A stretch of 51,446 nt of DNA from Chiloscyllium plagiosum. Taxonomy: Eukaryota. The position numbers and the translations under genes were made by a program. This document shows, one piece after another, positions 11,370 through 22,700 of this stretch. The DNA lies in contig NW_025215147.1 in the NCBI RefSeq assembly GCF_004010195.1, positions 9,612 to 61,057 of the forward strand, written 5' to 3'. The notes beneath the pieces are model-generated. The model ran no database searches. It saw only the letters and a program-made list of their open reading frames with translations, and was not told the origin of the DNA. Position 1 is the stretch's first letter; the number at the start of each line of letters is the position of its first letter.

Positions 11370-11585
11370 TTTGTGGGAACTGGGCATTGCTGGCTGGCCA
11401 GCATTAATAGCCCATTCCTAGTTGCCCATGAGAAGGTGATGGTGAGCTGGCCTCTTGAACCGCTGCAGTCCACTTGCAGCGTGAGGGAGGGAATTCCAGG
11501 ATTCTGACCCAACGACTGAGAAGGAACAGCGGTATATTTCCAAGCCAGGGTAGTGAACGGCTTGGAGGGGAACATGTAGGTGGTC
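11370..11585 (+). mobile_element. Short interspersed repeat fragment (SINE/LINE-derived)
   Basis: gggcattgctggctggccagcatt.atagcccattccta...gagggaattccaggattctgaccca resembles a common elasmobranch repeat (from memory) and interrupts copy A. Confidence 0.65.
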
Positions 11586-12496
11586 ATTGAAACAGACGGA
11601 TCTCAAGTTTGGTGACCCCTTTGGCCATGAGCTTATTTCTGACATCATGCCCTGATCATTATTAACTTTATCTATTCGCTGCTCCAGATTGTACTTCACT
11701 GGCTTAACCCATCTGCTGTTTGAACCTTGAGCTGTGAAGTACAGACTTAATGATGACAATAATCTGCTGCTGACACTGTCGGGTTGAAACCTGCAGAAAC
11801 AAAACTGATTCGAACTCACACCAAAATTTCATCCATCTGATATTCCGGTGCACGCTGAGCTATATCGCTATGGTGTCTGGCAATGTATTTATTTTAATAT
11901 TCTGAAGTTCTTTAACTCATCTGTCCATGAAACTTCCCCCGGTCTCTCTGTGTCGATTATCCCAATCCCTGCCAGTGGGTCATAGTTAACATACCGGTCA
12001 TATGGAGATAGAAATCTTCCCCTGCTGTGTGTATTTGGTGTGTGTATCGTTCCTATATGATAGTAAAAGTTTTCAACACTCCTCATGCTGGGCAGATAAT
12101 CCAATTTACCGAGTAGTACGAGCATGGCCTGCACAGCTCTCCGTGTTAGTCTGTCATCTTCTCCCAGTTTGAAGTCTTATGTGAAGGAGATTTAGAATTT
12201 GATGAAACAAACCATTTCAGCTGTTCGGAAAATACCTTTACTCAATGTTCTCATTATTGTAATTTTGCTCTCTAATGAGTCAATCCTACATTTAGTCCCG
12301 ATAACCAGTCTTTTTCTCATTATTTCCACAACATCTTCTCAGTTAATTAACTGCCTGTTTCTGTCTTTAATGTGAATCTTTCTGTCCATCTGTAATTTTC
12401 CCTGGCCTTGGTTTTTTGCCTCTCTAGTGTATCGAGTGCTGGCATTGTGAAGCTCAGAAACTGTGAAATGGTGTGTCTTGGGTTGTTGTTCACTTC

Positions 12497-12681
12497 TGAA
12501 AATGTGTTGCTGGAAAAGCGCAGCAGGTCAGGCAGCATCCAAGGAGCAGGAGAATCGACGTTTCTGGCATGAGCCCTTCTTCAGGATTCTCCTGCTCCTT
12601 GGATGCTGCCTGACCTACTGCGCTTTTCCAGCAATACATTTTCAGCTCTGATCTCCAGCATCTGCAGTCCTCACTTTCTCC
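12497..12681. mobile_element. Palindromic Penelope-terminus-derived insertion with 13-bp TSD
   Basis: Inverted arms gaaaatgtgttgctggaaaagcgcag..caggtcaggcagcatccaaggagcagg and their complement, flanked by tgttgttcacttc at 12484-12496 and 12682-12694. Confidence 0.85.
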
Positions 12682-13509
12682 TGTTGTTCACTTCCCACTG
12701 TATTCCATGTGGTGCTCCATGTCGGGGGTGAGGGTGTGTATCGGGCAGATGTTCATTTCCCGGTGTGCCCCATGTTCTGTTCCATATTACATAGGGGATT
12801 CAGCGGCTTTGAAAGATGGTATGTGCCTGTCCACTGAACGTCTGACGTCTGTGTTTGTCCCTCTGAGTTCATTGTGTGGTCAGTAACACGAGGAAGCCGC
12901 TAGAGTATTATTGTAAAGGACCAGGTATCTAATATCTCTGACAATGCTCGCCCTTAAAAAAAGGCTATTGTCTCGTTTTCTTTAAAGAGATATTTTAAAA
13001 GCCGAACTGCATACTGCAAACGGCTGAAGTAAATAACTTAGAAGGCTTTTCAGGCTTTTTGAAAAAATACATATTGATAACAATGGCCAGCTCTCACGGA
13101 CCTGGCTTTCCAGTTTTTCTGAGCTATAACAGTCACCAGGTGCTTGCAGTCGGGGATAGGTTGGATCCTTTCAGTAAATGATCCCTCACTGCAATTCTGT
13201 CTGAAATCTGTCTTGATGCTGTTTCCTCCTGGATTGGAGAACTGTGTGCAAGACTGATTAGCCTTGGATGTGTCTTTTTGTCAAGAATTAGTTTATGGGG
13301 TGTTAGTACATTGGAAAAATTCATTAGTAGATGGTACTGTATCTATTAATCTGTTAAGGTTTCTAGTAGTTGACTTATTCTAAACTCCTCTTCTATGTAT
13401 TTTTATTAGAGTGTTTAAATAAATAGTGTTTTGCTTAAAGTTGAGTGATTTGACCAACCGCATCACATCTGGAACACCCATTCCACATCTTCCTTTACTA
13501 TAAAGTAGT

Positions 13510-13815
13510 GGGGCGGCACGGTAGCTCAATGATTAGCACTGCTGACTCACAGAACCAGGGAGCCAGTATCAATTCCTGCTTACGACTGTGTGGAGTTTAA
13601 ACATTCTCCCTGTGTCTGCATGGGTTTCCTTTGGGTGCTCTGGTGTCCTCCCACAATCCAAGGATGTGCAGGTCAGGTGAATTGGCCATGCTAAATTGCT
13701 ATATTGCAAGGTGCATTAGTGAGGGTTAAATATGTGGTAGGGGAATGGGATTGGATGGTTTGGTCTTTGGTGTGGACGTGTTGGGCCGTAGGGCCTTTTT
13801 CCATTCTGTTAAGAA
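13510..13815 (+). mobile_element. tRNA-derived SINE (HE1-type) nested in the LTR element
   Basis: ggcggcacggtagctcaatgattagcactgctgactcacag head and the conserved core. Confidence 0.9.
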
Positions 13816-13914
13816 CCTAACCGAAGACAAGGTTGGCGATCAGGCATTCTGCTCTGGTTCATAGCAATCTGGGGACACTTGCCCGGTTCGAAATCGATAA
13901 TTCCAGATCGGGTT

Positions 13915-14190
13915 CAGGATTAGAATCCCTACAGAGTGGAAGCACGCCTTTTGGCCCAACAAGTCCACACCAACCAGACGCATTCTCCTCCCCTATTACA
14001 CCATATTTACACCTGACTAGTGCAACTAACCTACACATCGCTGAACAGTACGGGAAATTTAACTTCGCCATTTCGCCTAACCTGCATATGTTTGGACTGT
14101 GGCAGGAAAATGGATCACCTGGAGAACACGCAGGGAAGGCGAGAATGTGCACAGGGAGATTGTTGGGCTCAAACGCAGCGTCTTGTAATT
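13915..14190 (-). mobile_element. tRNA-derived SINE (HE1-type)
   Basis: Reverse-complement SINE core and tail (gattagaatccctacagagtgg...ggcccaacaagtccacacc). Confidence 0.8.
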
Positions 14191-16459
14191 GTTAGTTTCT
14201 TTTGGTCTGGGTATTGAATTCTGTTGCTTTGTACAGTACTTTGTGTAGTAATGGCTATTTCCGCCTGTAAGAGTCCTCTGGGTGTGGAAAAAATGAAGTT
14301 GGAGATTTTATAAAAGGTGAGCAAGACAAAGCTGTTAGAATTGGCAACAAGCTGGAGTTGGGTTTGTGTTTGTCAGTGAGAAAAGGAGAAATAATTACAG
14401 CTGTAGTCTGGCATTCAATTTTTGGTGGAAACAACATCAGAAACTTTGGAAATACTTAGAATTCAATTGCAAATGAGGCAGCTTCAACACGAAAAGGAAT
14501 TGAAACAGCTTGAAATAAGATTAAAAGTAGAATTTAAAGAAACGGAAAGGAAGAAGAAAGACAGAAAAATGAAGATGAAAAGCAGATAGCGAAAGAGTTT
14601 CAACTTCAAACGTTAGCAATTTGACAGGAAAGTCGACTTAGCTGGGTGGAGATGAAGGGAGACGGTAGGCTGGATGAGGAGGATAGTGAGGATGAGAAAC
14701 TCTATTGTTCACCAAAGGACTGATGGGGATCCGTTTAAATATGTACAGGCATTGTCTAAATTTGGTGAAAAGGATGTAGAAGTCTTTTCAATTTCATTTG
14801 TGAAAGTGGCTATACGGATGCAATGGCCACTGACCATGTGGGTTTAATTAATCCAACCAAAGCTGGTCGGTATAAGGAGTGAGGTATTTGCATTCCTATC
14901 GGAAGAGATATCTGGAGATTATGAGGAGGTGAAGAAAGACATCTGAAGTTCATATGAGCTTGGACCAGAAACAGCAGACAGTGTTTTAGAATGTAAAATA
15001 GCGTCCCTGGTGAAACGTACATTGAGTTTGAAAGGATTAAACAAAGTAATTTTGAAAGCTGAGTGAGGGTATTAAAACAGAGCAATCTATGAGATTCCGA
15101 GGGAGATTCTTACTTTGGAGGAGTTCAAAAACTCACTTGCTGCAGTCGTGAGATTCGTGGGGAAGAGCAGAGAGTTAAAATGGCATGATTATAATCTGAA
15201 ATGGCTGATGATTATCAGTTGATCCATAAATCAAAGTTTGGCTTCCGGGACGGCTTGAGAAGAATGTGCAAGATCTTAAAATATATATCTGTGTGTAAGG
15301 TTTAGTGGCGTCGGCCAGGAGTAGCAAGTAAAGAGGTTACAGCATTAAAAGTTACAGAAACATGTAAATCCTTTCAGCTGAGACATGATGAGCTATGTCA
15401 TTGAGAAGGACGATGACAGAGATGAGAAGAGCTCCATTATGTTTGGAGTTTCCGGTGACAACGTCAGTTGTGACATATTTCACAATTGGGAAGGTGACCT
15501 TGAGCTTGGTGTTGACGTTACAACATTTCAGCATTTAAGTTGCCAATAGCGTGTCAAGACAAATAAATATACCGATCATAACGCCTGAACGTTTTTGGAC
15601 AAATTTAATGAGAAAATGTCCAGTCTGTTCAGACAGAGGTTATTATTGTTGCCATTCAATTTGGAAGTTATACAGGTGACAGGACGAGAACCCCTACTTA
15701 CTGACAAGTTGTCGAGACATGGATGAAGAAAATCAGAGGCGATCTGTGGCAGAAGTAAACTGACTGAAATAGAATATAGTTTTAAATGTTTGTATGCTTT
15801 GTGTCAATGTAATATATATGTATTGCAGTCTACTGAAACAGTAAGAATAAACGTTTTAAAATGAGGCCATCTTTGAAAATTGATGTTTTATTTTTCATTT
15901 TAAAAGGGTTATTTTCTCTTGTTCTTTTTTGAATAAAGGTTTTAAAGGCAGAGATCCTGTACTGCCACCTGAAAACAGCTTAAGTAAATAACTGAGAAGG
16001 CCTTTAGGTTTTATCAAAACGTTGGTAACAATAGAAGGGCAGTGGCCACCTCTCCTAGACCAGGTTCTCTCATTTTGTTTTTAGCTGCAGCATTCAGAAG
16101 CTGCTTGGGATACCAGAAGGGTTGAAAGTTCCAATACATGATCCCCAGCTGCTATTCTCTCTGAAAACTCTCTTAAAGTTGCTTCCTCCTGGATTGGAGA
16201 ACTGTACATAAGATTCTGTGTTTGAATTTACCTTTTTACCAAGGGGTGTGTTTTTGGGATGTCCCTGTATTAGCGCAGTTAATTAGTAGAAGGCACCGTA
16301 TCTAATGGTAACACAGGTGTTCCAGTAGAGAAGCTATCCCAAATTGTTCTTCTCTTTGATTGTGTCTTAATTGGAGCTTTCGAATGGATTACATTTTGCT
16401 TAACGTTGAGTGGGGTGACCAGTTGCAACACATCTGGAACACACAGATAACATCTCCAG

Positions 16460-17537
16460 GTTTCCGACTGTCTCCTGCTATTGCAAAGTTAGTGGAAGTG
16501 TTGGGGATGGTTTTTTGGAGGTTATGCTGTGAGACGCCTCAGACATTAATGGAGACCTAAGGATTTGGTGACCCAACTCTGGATGGAGCATCCGGACTGT
16601 AGTTACAACACCTGGGTCTGGAACATGAAAAGCAAATGGAACAGAGGGTGTAGAGAGGGGAAGCTCTGTGTGAATGTGTCTGGGGAAAGGGACCTACTGG
16701 ATCCACCCCGTGTTTTCCAGGAACAGCTTGTCAAGTTCCACTTAACTCTGGAGTAGAGTGTGAGAGGACCCTGATTGAATAAGGAGCTGGTCACAGAGTG
16801 GTGTCACCTCCTTCAACACGACTTGCAGCTTCACACCAGGGTGAGGATGGTGCTGCCGGTGACTGTTTCATTGAGCTTCTATGATCTGGAAATTTCCAGG
16901 CCGGAGTGGGTGACATGTGCATTGTCGCTCAGCGGCACGGTGGCACCGTGGTTAGCAGTGCTGCCTCATAACGTCAAAGACACGGGTTCAATTCCCGTCT
17001 CAGGTGAATGGCTGTGTGGCGTTTGTACATCCTTCGCGTGTCTGCGTGGGTTTGCTCTGGTTTCCTCCCACAGTCCAAAACTGTGCAGGTTAGGTGAATT
17101 GGCCATGCTAAATTACCCGTAGTGTGAGTTGAAGGGGTAAATATACGGTAATAGGTCTGAGTGGGTGGCGGGTCGGACTTGTTGGGCCGAAGGGCCTGTT
17201 TGCATACTGTAAGTAATTTAATTTCAACATCAATGTCACCATTTGGTAATGGTGGGTATATATTGTGGATGAGGTGAATGTTTTCTCTCTCAGCAGAGGG
17301 TTGCCAGGTGTATCCATGTTTTCTCAGTATTGCAGGATTCCCAATGATGCACATGGCTCTGTGGGCTTCCCATATTAATGAGGACAGCTCGAGGAACTGA
17401 AGGAGCTCTCACTCCATTAATGTTACAGAGTGCCCATGCACAGTACATTATGTTGGTGAATACTCACAGTCCTGGCAGCAGCCACTGCATCTTCATTCAG
17501 AAGCAGTCAGCCATTCCCATCGTCTTTGGGTCTCCAT
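16460..17537 (-). pseudogene. Decayed ORF, module X copy 2 (most complete copy; interrupted by a SINE)
   Basis: Starts at ATG 17537, right after a tttctttcag acceptor-like site: METQRRWEWLTASE*RCSGCCQDC...LIWEAHRAMCIIGNPAILRKHGYTWQPSAER... Below the SINE it reads ...VELDKLFLENTGWIQ*VPFPRHIHTELPLSTPSVPFAFHVPDPGVVTTVRMLHPELGHQILRSP. Confidence 0.6.
16932..17215 (+). mobile_element. tRNA-derived SINE (HE1-type)
   Basis: gcggcacggtggcaccgtggttagcagtgctgcctcat head, core and tail. Confidence 0.9.
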
Positions 17538-17749
17538 TCTGAAAGAAAGGATAGGCTCTCGGCCTTTGATAGACATCTCAAAACAACCTCCCCCTCACCA
17601 CTCCCACCGCCAACCAACCACATCAAAATATTCCGAGTGTTCTGAGAGTAGTATGACCACTGGGAATGTCAGGGAGCAAATCATCAGGGAGATCGAGCAA
17701 CACTTCCCATGTCTGAATGGGTTAGAGTAAACCCTCCAGAACACACTGT

Positions 17750-18120
17750 ATCTCTATGTTGAGTAATCCATCTCCATTTCAGTAACATACTGCCTTCCAT
17801 TCTTCCAGAAAAAAAAGCTGGCAGGTTTTACATTCCGTTATATTCCACATGGGAAAGTATTTTTCATTAACTTTACCTGTCCATATCAATTTGCAGACTC
17901 TCCACATTCTCAAGATAGTTTAATGTCTTGTTTACCTCAGTGTCATCACCAAACGTAGTAGTAGTAGTACATCTGTTCTATCGTCCTGATCACTGATATC
18001 GATTGAAAACAGTTAAGGACTCAGCACTGGTCCCTGTGTGACTCCACTGGTTACGTTCTGTCAAACTGATTAAGACTGATTTATCCAGAGTGCCTGCTTC
18101 CTGATAGATAACCAGTCCTC
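17750..18120 (-). mobile_element. Degenerate CR1/L2 RT fragment
   Basis: Antisense of the GV.QG.VL.P region (gactcagcactggtccctgtgtgactccactgg). Confidence 0.55.
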
Positions 18121-18282
18121 CCCCGTTCCTGTGGAGAACAGTCGAAGGACTGAATAAGAAAGAGGAACAATCCAGCCCCTCGAGTCTATTCCGCCATTGA
18201 ATACAATCATCGCTGATGTAAGCGCTGGCTGAGGTCTATTTCCCTGCCTGTTCTCTATATCCCTTCATCTACACACGGTGGC

Positions 18283-18545
18283 ACGGTGGCATAGTGGTTA
18301 GCACTGCTGTCTCGCAGCGCCAGAGACCAGCGTTCAATTCCCGCCTCAGGCAACTCCCGGTGTGGAGTTTGCACATTCTCCCCGTGTCTGCGTGGGTTCC
18401 CTCCGGGTGCTCCGGTTTCCTCTCACAGTCCAAAAATGTGCAGGTTAACTGAATTGGCCATGATAAATGTAGGAGAATGGGCCAGGGTGGGTTGCGGGTC
18501 GCTGTGGACCTTTTGGGCTGAAAGGCCTGTTTCCACACTGTATGG
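18283..18545 (+). mobile_element. tRNA-derived SINE (HE1-type)
   Basis: cacggtggcatagtggttagcactgctgtctcgcagcgccagagacc head with a well-preserved core. Confidence 0.92.
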
Positions 18546-18549
18546 AAAC

Positions 18550-19600
18550 TAATCTATTCAATGTCCCAGCATCCCCTGCACACTGGGACAGTGAGTTACA
18601 CAGATTCATAACCCATTGAGAGAAGTAAGTTCTCCTCACCCCTGTTTTAAATCTGCTCTGCCTAATCCTAAAACCATGATCTAGTTTGCCTCAGATGAGG
18701 AAATATCCACTCCACACCGATATTGTCAATCACCTTTAACATCCTCCAGGCCTCAATGAGGTCTCCTCTCATTCTTCTGAACCTAGAATGTATCGGCCTG
18801 ATCTGCTCGAACTCGCTTCAAAAGACAAATTCATCTCTGGAATCAATCTAAAGTACTTATTCTGAACTGCCTTCTTTGTAACCACATCACTTCTGCGTCA
18901 GGACAACAAACCTGAACACAGTACATCAGTTACAGTCTCACTAATACCTTGCAGATTTACAGTAATTCTTCCCTTCCTTTATACACTATTCTTTTACAAG
19001 CAAATGCTGAAACTGCACTTGCCTTTCTCATTCCCTGCTGTACCTGCATGTGAGTTTTCTGTGATCTGCACAAGGACACCCAGATGCCTCTGCAAGTAAG
19101 CACTCTGAAGTTTCTCTCAATTTCCATAGCATGTTGGATTCCGCTGATAAAAATGGTTAATCCCATATTATCCACGTTAATTTGTAGCTGCCAGATGTTG
19201 GCACATTCATTTAAACTGTTCATGCCCATTTTGCAATTTTTCGACATCTTCATTACATCAACATACTTTTCCACTTGTTTCAGTGTCAGCTGAAAATGTG
19301 GCTGAAGTGTTTTCTCTCCTCTCATCCAAGTAATACAATGGATGTTAAATTGTTGGGTCATGTGGTGTGAACTCTATGGAATCTCAAAAGTTGCCAACGA
19401 CGAACGAAACAACTGTTCCATCTCTCTGCATTTTGTTGGCTCACCAGCCCTCTGGGGTTCCTCCCAAACCCATGTGCTCTTATTTTACAGCTTAATATTT
19501 TGTGCAGCGTTTAATCAATGCCTTTTCAAAGTCCAGGTACTTTACTCCTCCAGGATACCTATTGTCTAACTTTGCATGTCACATCTTTACAGAATTCGAG
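18550..19600 (-). mobile_element. Degenerate CR1 LINE ORF2 3' half
   Basis: Minus-strand FSQWVMNLCNSLSQ and LNECANIWQLQINVD...YKGREELL motifs. Confidence 0.75.
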
Positions 19601-19732
19601 CAAACAAATGATTTAAAAATGCTGATTCTGATGTATTCTGGTTTTGCTTTGCAAATCTGTTGTTTTTAATTAATTAATAATGGAGTCTCACAATTTCCCT
19701 TAATTCCTAACAGTTTGCCTACAACCTTTTAT

Positions 19733-22700
19733 TGACAAGTGAAGATGATTATCCTAATTGCTAACCTTTCCATCCTCTACGTTCCCTTTCCCGTGTTCCT
19801 GTGTAACAGGCACAAAGATTTAAAAGATCTGCTCCAATCGCTGTGTAATAGGGACGAGTGTCTGAATGGATTCACATAGTTCCTGGTTTACAAAACTCAA
19901 TGGGCTGAATGTCCTCATGGTTTTCCGACGTTATAGTCTCGATGGTCGGAATGTCCTGATTTACAGATTCAAAATCTGCTTCTCTTCCTCCTGATAATAC
20001 GTCAGAAGCCTCACGGAATCTTTCTGTTGCTGTACAACATTTTGTGGGGCTGAAAGGTCTCTTCATATTCCTTCACAACAGGCTCGAGATACTAAACAAT
20101 CACCTCCTGCATCCCTGAAATGGGATCGATGAAGTGATTTGTCTCCTCCTGTTCCCATACAACAGACACCTGGGTGAATTACCTCCACCTTCCCATAACA
20201 AGTTTCAAATAATTTTATCGCCTTCTTTATTTCTCGCGCTGAATGGCCTCCTGTTATTCTAGTGTACCAATCTCTTCCAGCTTCCGTGTTAGAGACTTGA
20301 GGAGGCTGAATGGACTGATCCTGTTGCTGCATAACAGGACACTGGTGCCTCATGGCCGACTCTGTGTGCACCGTTATAGACTCGAGGAGCTGAGTGACCT
20401 CCTCCTGTAACTGTATATCAGGCACCATGGGCTGAATAACCTCATCCTGTTCTATTGTAACAGGGTCGAAGGCCTGAATATCCTTCTGCTGTTCCTGTGT
20501 TACAAGCTGGAGAAGTGGAATTAACTGTGTTTTGGCTCCTGTTGCTGAATCTTTCCCGTGTTCTATGTAAAAATAAGATCATCTTTTATTCTTGTAAATT
20601 CTAATGCATATTAGATCAACCTGATCATCCTTTCCTTATAAGTTAATCTCTTCATTGCAGGATTTAGTTGAAGGTACAATTTCTGAGCTGCTTCCAATAT
20701 CCTTTCTTCAGTGAGGAGACTAAATCTGTACACACTACTCCAGGTGTGATATGATTAAAACCTTGTTCAGCATCAGCAACACTTTACCAGCCTGATGTAA
20801 AGTTCCCACCCAGGTTAGAGCAGTCTCAGCTGTCTGGGGGAATGCATAATATTGTTGAAAAATCGTCGTCCTTCTCTGTAAATGTTGTCACAAGCTCTCA
20901 GATGTTAGGAAGGAGGTCTCTGCAGGGTCGACATGACTGTGTTTCCCATTCCCTTTTCCGATACTGAGATTGGTGCCGGGTATTCTGTCTGGGTTTATCC
21001 TTTAAGACCTCGGAGCACTTTGATACAATTGAGTGCCTTGCTTGGCTGTTTAAGACACCATTGAAGAGTTGATCACATGTCTGTGTGTCTGGATTCACTT
21101 TTAGACCAGACCAGAAAACACGGGAGATTCACGTTCTGAAATTACATTGGGAAAGCAAATTGGTGTTTACAATCGACATTGGCTTCAGGTCATTATTACT
21201 GACACCAGTTCCGACATTTTATTAATTGTTTTTAACTTCCACCAGCTGTCAGAGCATGAGAATGGTCTGGATTAGTAATGCAGTGACATTTCCACAACAG
21301 CACCATCTCCACATGGGGACCTATCAGAAACCACACTGTGCTGGTTATTTCTGTGTGCTGATTGACAGCTCAGTCAAAAAGCACTCCTACCAATTTGACT
21401 ATCGTGATGGAACTGAGGGGGTGATATTGGTCATANNNNNNNNNNNNNNNNNNNNNNNNNNNNNNNNNNNNNNNNNNNNNNNNNNNNNNNNNNNNNNNNN
21501 NNNNNNNNNNNNNNNNNNNNNNNNNNNNNNNNNNNNNNNNNNNNNNNNNNNNNNNNNNNNNNNNNNNNNNNNNNNNNNNNNNNNNNNNNNNNNNNNNNNN
21601 NNNNNNNNNNNNNNNNNNNNNNNNNNNNNNNNNNNNNNNNNNNNNNNNNNNNNNNNNNNNNNNTGACAAGTGAAGATGATTATCCTAATTCCTAACTTTT
21701 TGCAACCTCTACGTTCCCTTTCCCGTATTCCTGTGTAACAGACACAAAGATTTAAACGATCTGCTCCAATCACTGTGTAATAGGCACGAGTGTCTGAATG
21801 GATTCACATAGTTCCTGGTTTACACACTCAATGGGCTGAATGTCCTCATGGTGTTCCTACGTTATAGTCTCGATGGTCGGAATGTCCTGATTTACAGATT
21901 CAAAATCTGCTTCTCTTCCTCCTGATAATACGTCAGAAGCCTCACGGACTGTGGAATCTTCCTGTTGCTGTACAACATTTTGTGGGGCTGAAAGGTCTCT
22001 TCATATTCCTTCACAACAGGCTCGAGATACTGAACAATCACCTCCTGCATCCCTGAAATGGGATCGATGAAGTGATTTGTCTCCTCCTGTTCCCATACAA
22101 CAGACACGTGGGTGAATTACCTCCACCTTTCCATAACAAGTTTCAAATAATTTTATCGCCTTCTTTATTTCTCGCGCTGAATGGCCTCCTGTTATTCTAG
22201 TGTACCAATCTCTGCCAGTTTCCGTGTTAGAGACTTGAGGAGGCTGAATGGACTGATCCTGTTGCTGCATAACAGGACACTGGTGCCTCATGGCCTACTC
22301 TGTGTGCAGCGTTATAGACTCGAGGAGCTGAATGACCTCCTCCTGTAACTGAATATCAGACACCATGGGCTGAATAACCTCATCCTGTTCTATTGTAACA
22401 GGGTCGAAGACCTGAATATCCTTCTGCTGTTCCTGTGTAACAAGCTGGAGAAGTGGAATTAACTGTGTTTTGGCTTCTGTTGCTGAATCCTTCCCGTGTT
22501 CTATGTAAAAATAAGATCATCTTTTATTCTTGTAAATTCTAATGCACATTAGATCAACCTGATCATCCTTTCCTTATAAGTTAATCCCTTCATTGCAGGA
22601 TTTGGTTGAAGGTACAATTTCTGAGCTGCTTCCAATATCCTTTCTTCAGTGAGGAGACTAAATCTGTACACACTACTCCAGGTGTGATATGATTAAAACC

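Larger units (their letters stand above)
11000..12910 (-). pseudogene. Decayed intronless ORF, module Y copy A (interrupted by two insertions)
   Basis: After removing 12497-12681 plus one TSD copy, a single frame runs from about 12720 to 11590, joining ORFs 11889..12134 and 11418..11819 (same frame) with only scattered stops. It appears to resume below the 11370-11585 insert as [19 protein letters not shown]... Confidence 0.65.
12912..16460 (+). mobile_element. Degenerate, internally deleted Ty3/gypsy (Gmr1-like) LTR retrotransposon
   Basis: Starts with TG at 12912. Similar LTR blocks lie at about 12960-13490 and 15905-16455. Gag-like LSKFGEKDVEVFSISFVKVA..QWP...W at about 14750-14845. RNase H end YTDHNA*TFLDKF...LLLPFNLEVIQVTGREPLLTDKLSR at 15570-15718, directly before the 3' LTR. 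Confidence 0.8.

Noticed and set aside
11250..12870. Resemblance of copy A to influenza A nucleoprotein (e.g. EMVCFIKF*ISFT*DFKLGEDDRLTRRAVQAMLVLLGK vs remembered [47 protein letters not shown] vs LPRGKLSTR)
   Set aside because: The motifs are collinear but individually weak and need gaps. Motifs conserved across influenza NPs (GSTxPRRSG, EDL) are absent, and paralog B does not keep the best-matching block. Not supportable without an HMM or structure search, though it is worth including in one.
13510..18545. tRNA genes at SINE heads
   Set aside because: The tRNA-like A/B boxes run directly into the SINE core and LINE-derived tail; no complete cloverleaf is present.
19872..22291. ORFs 20063..20428 and 22001..22291 as a duplicated gene
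   Set aside because: They are translations of a degenerate 42-bp tandem repeat inside a gap-flanking duplication.
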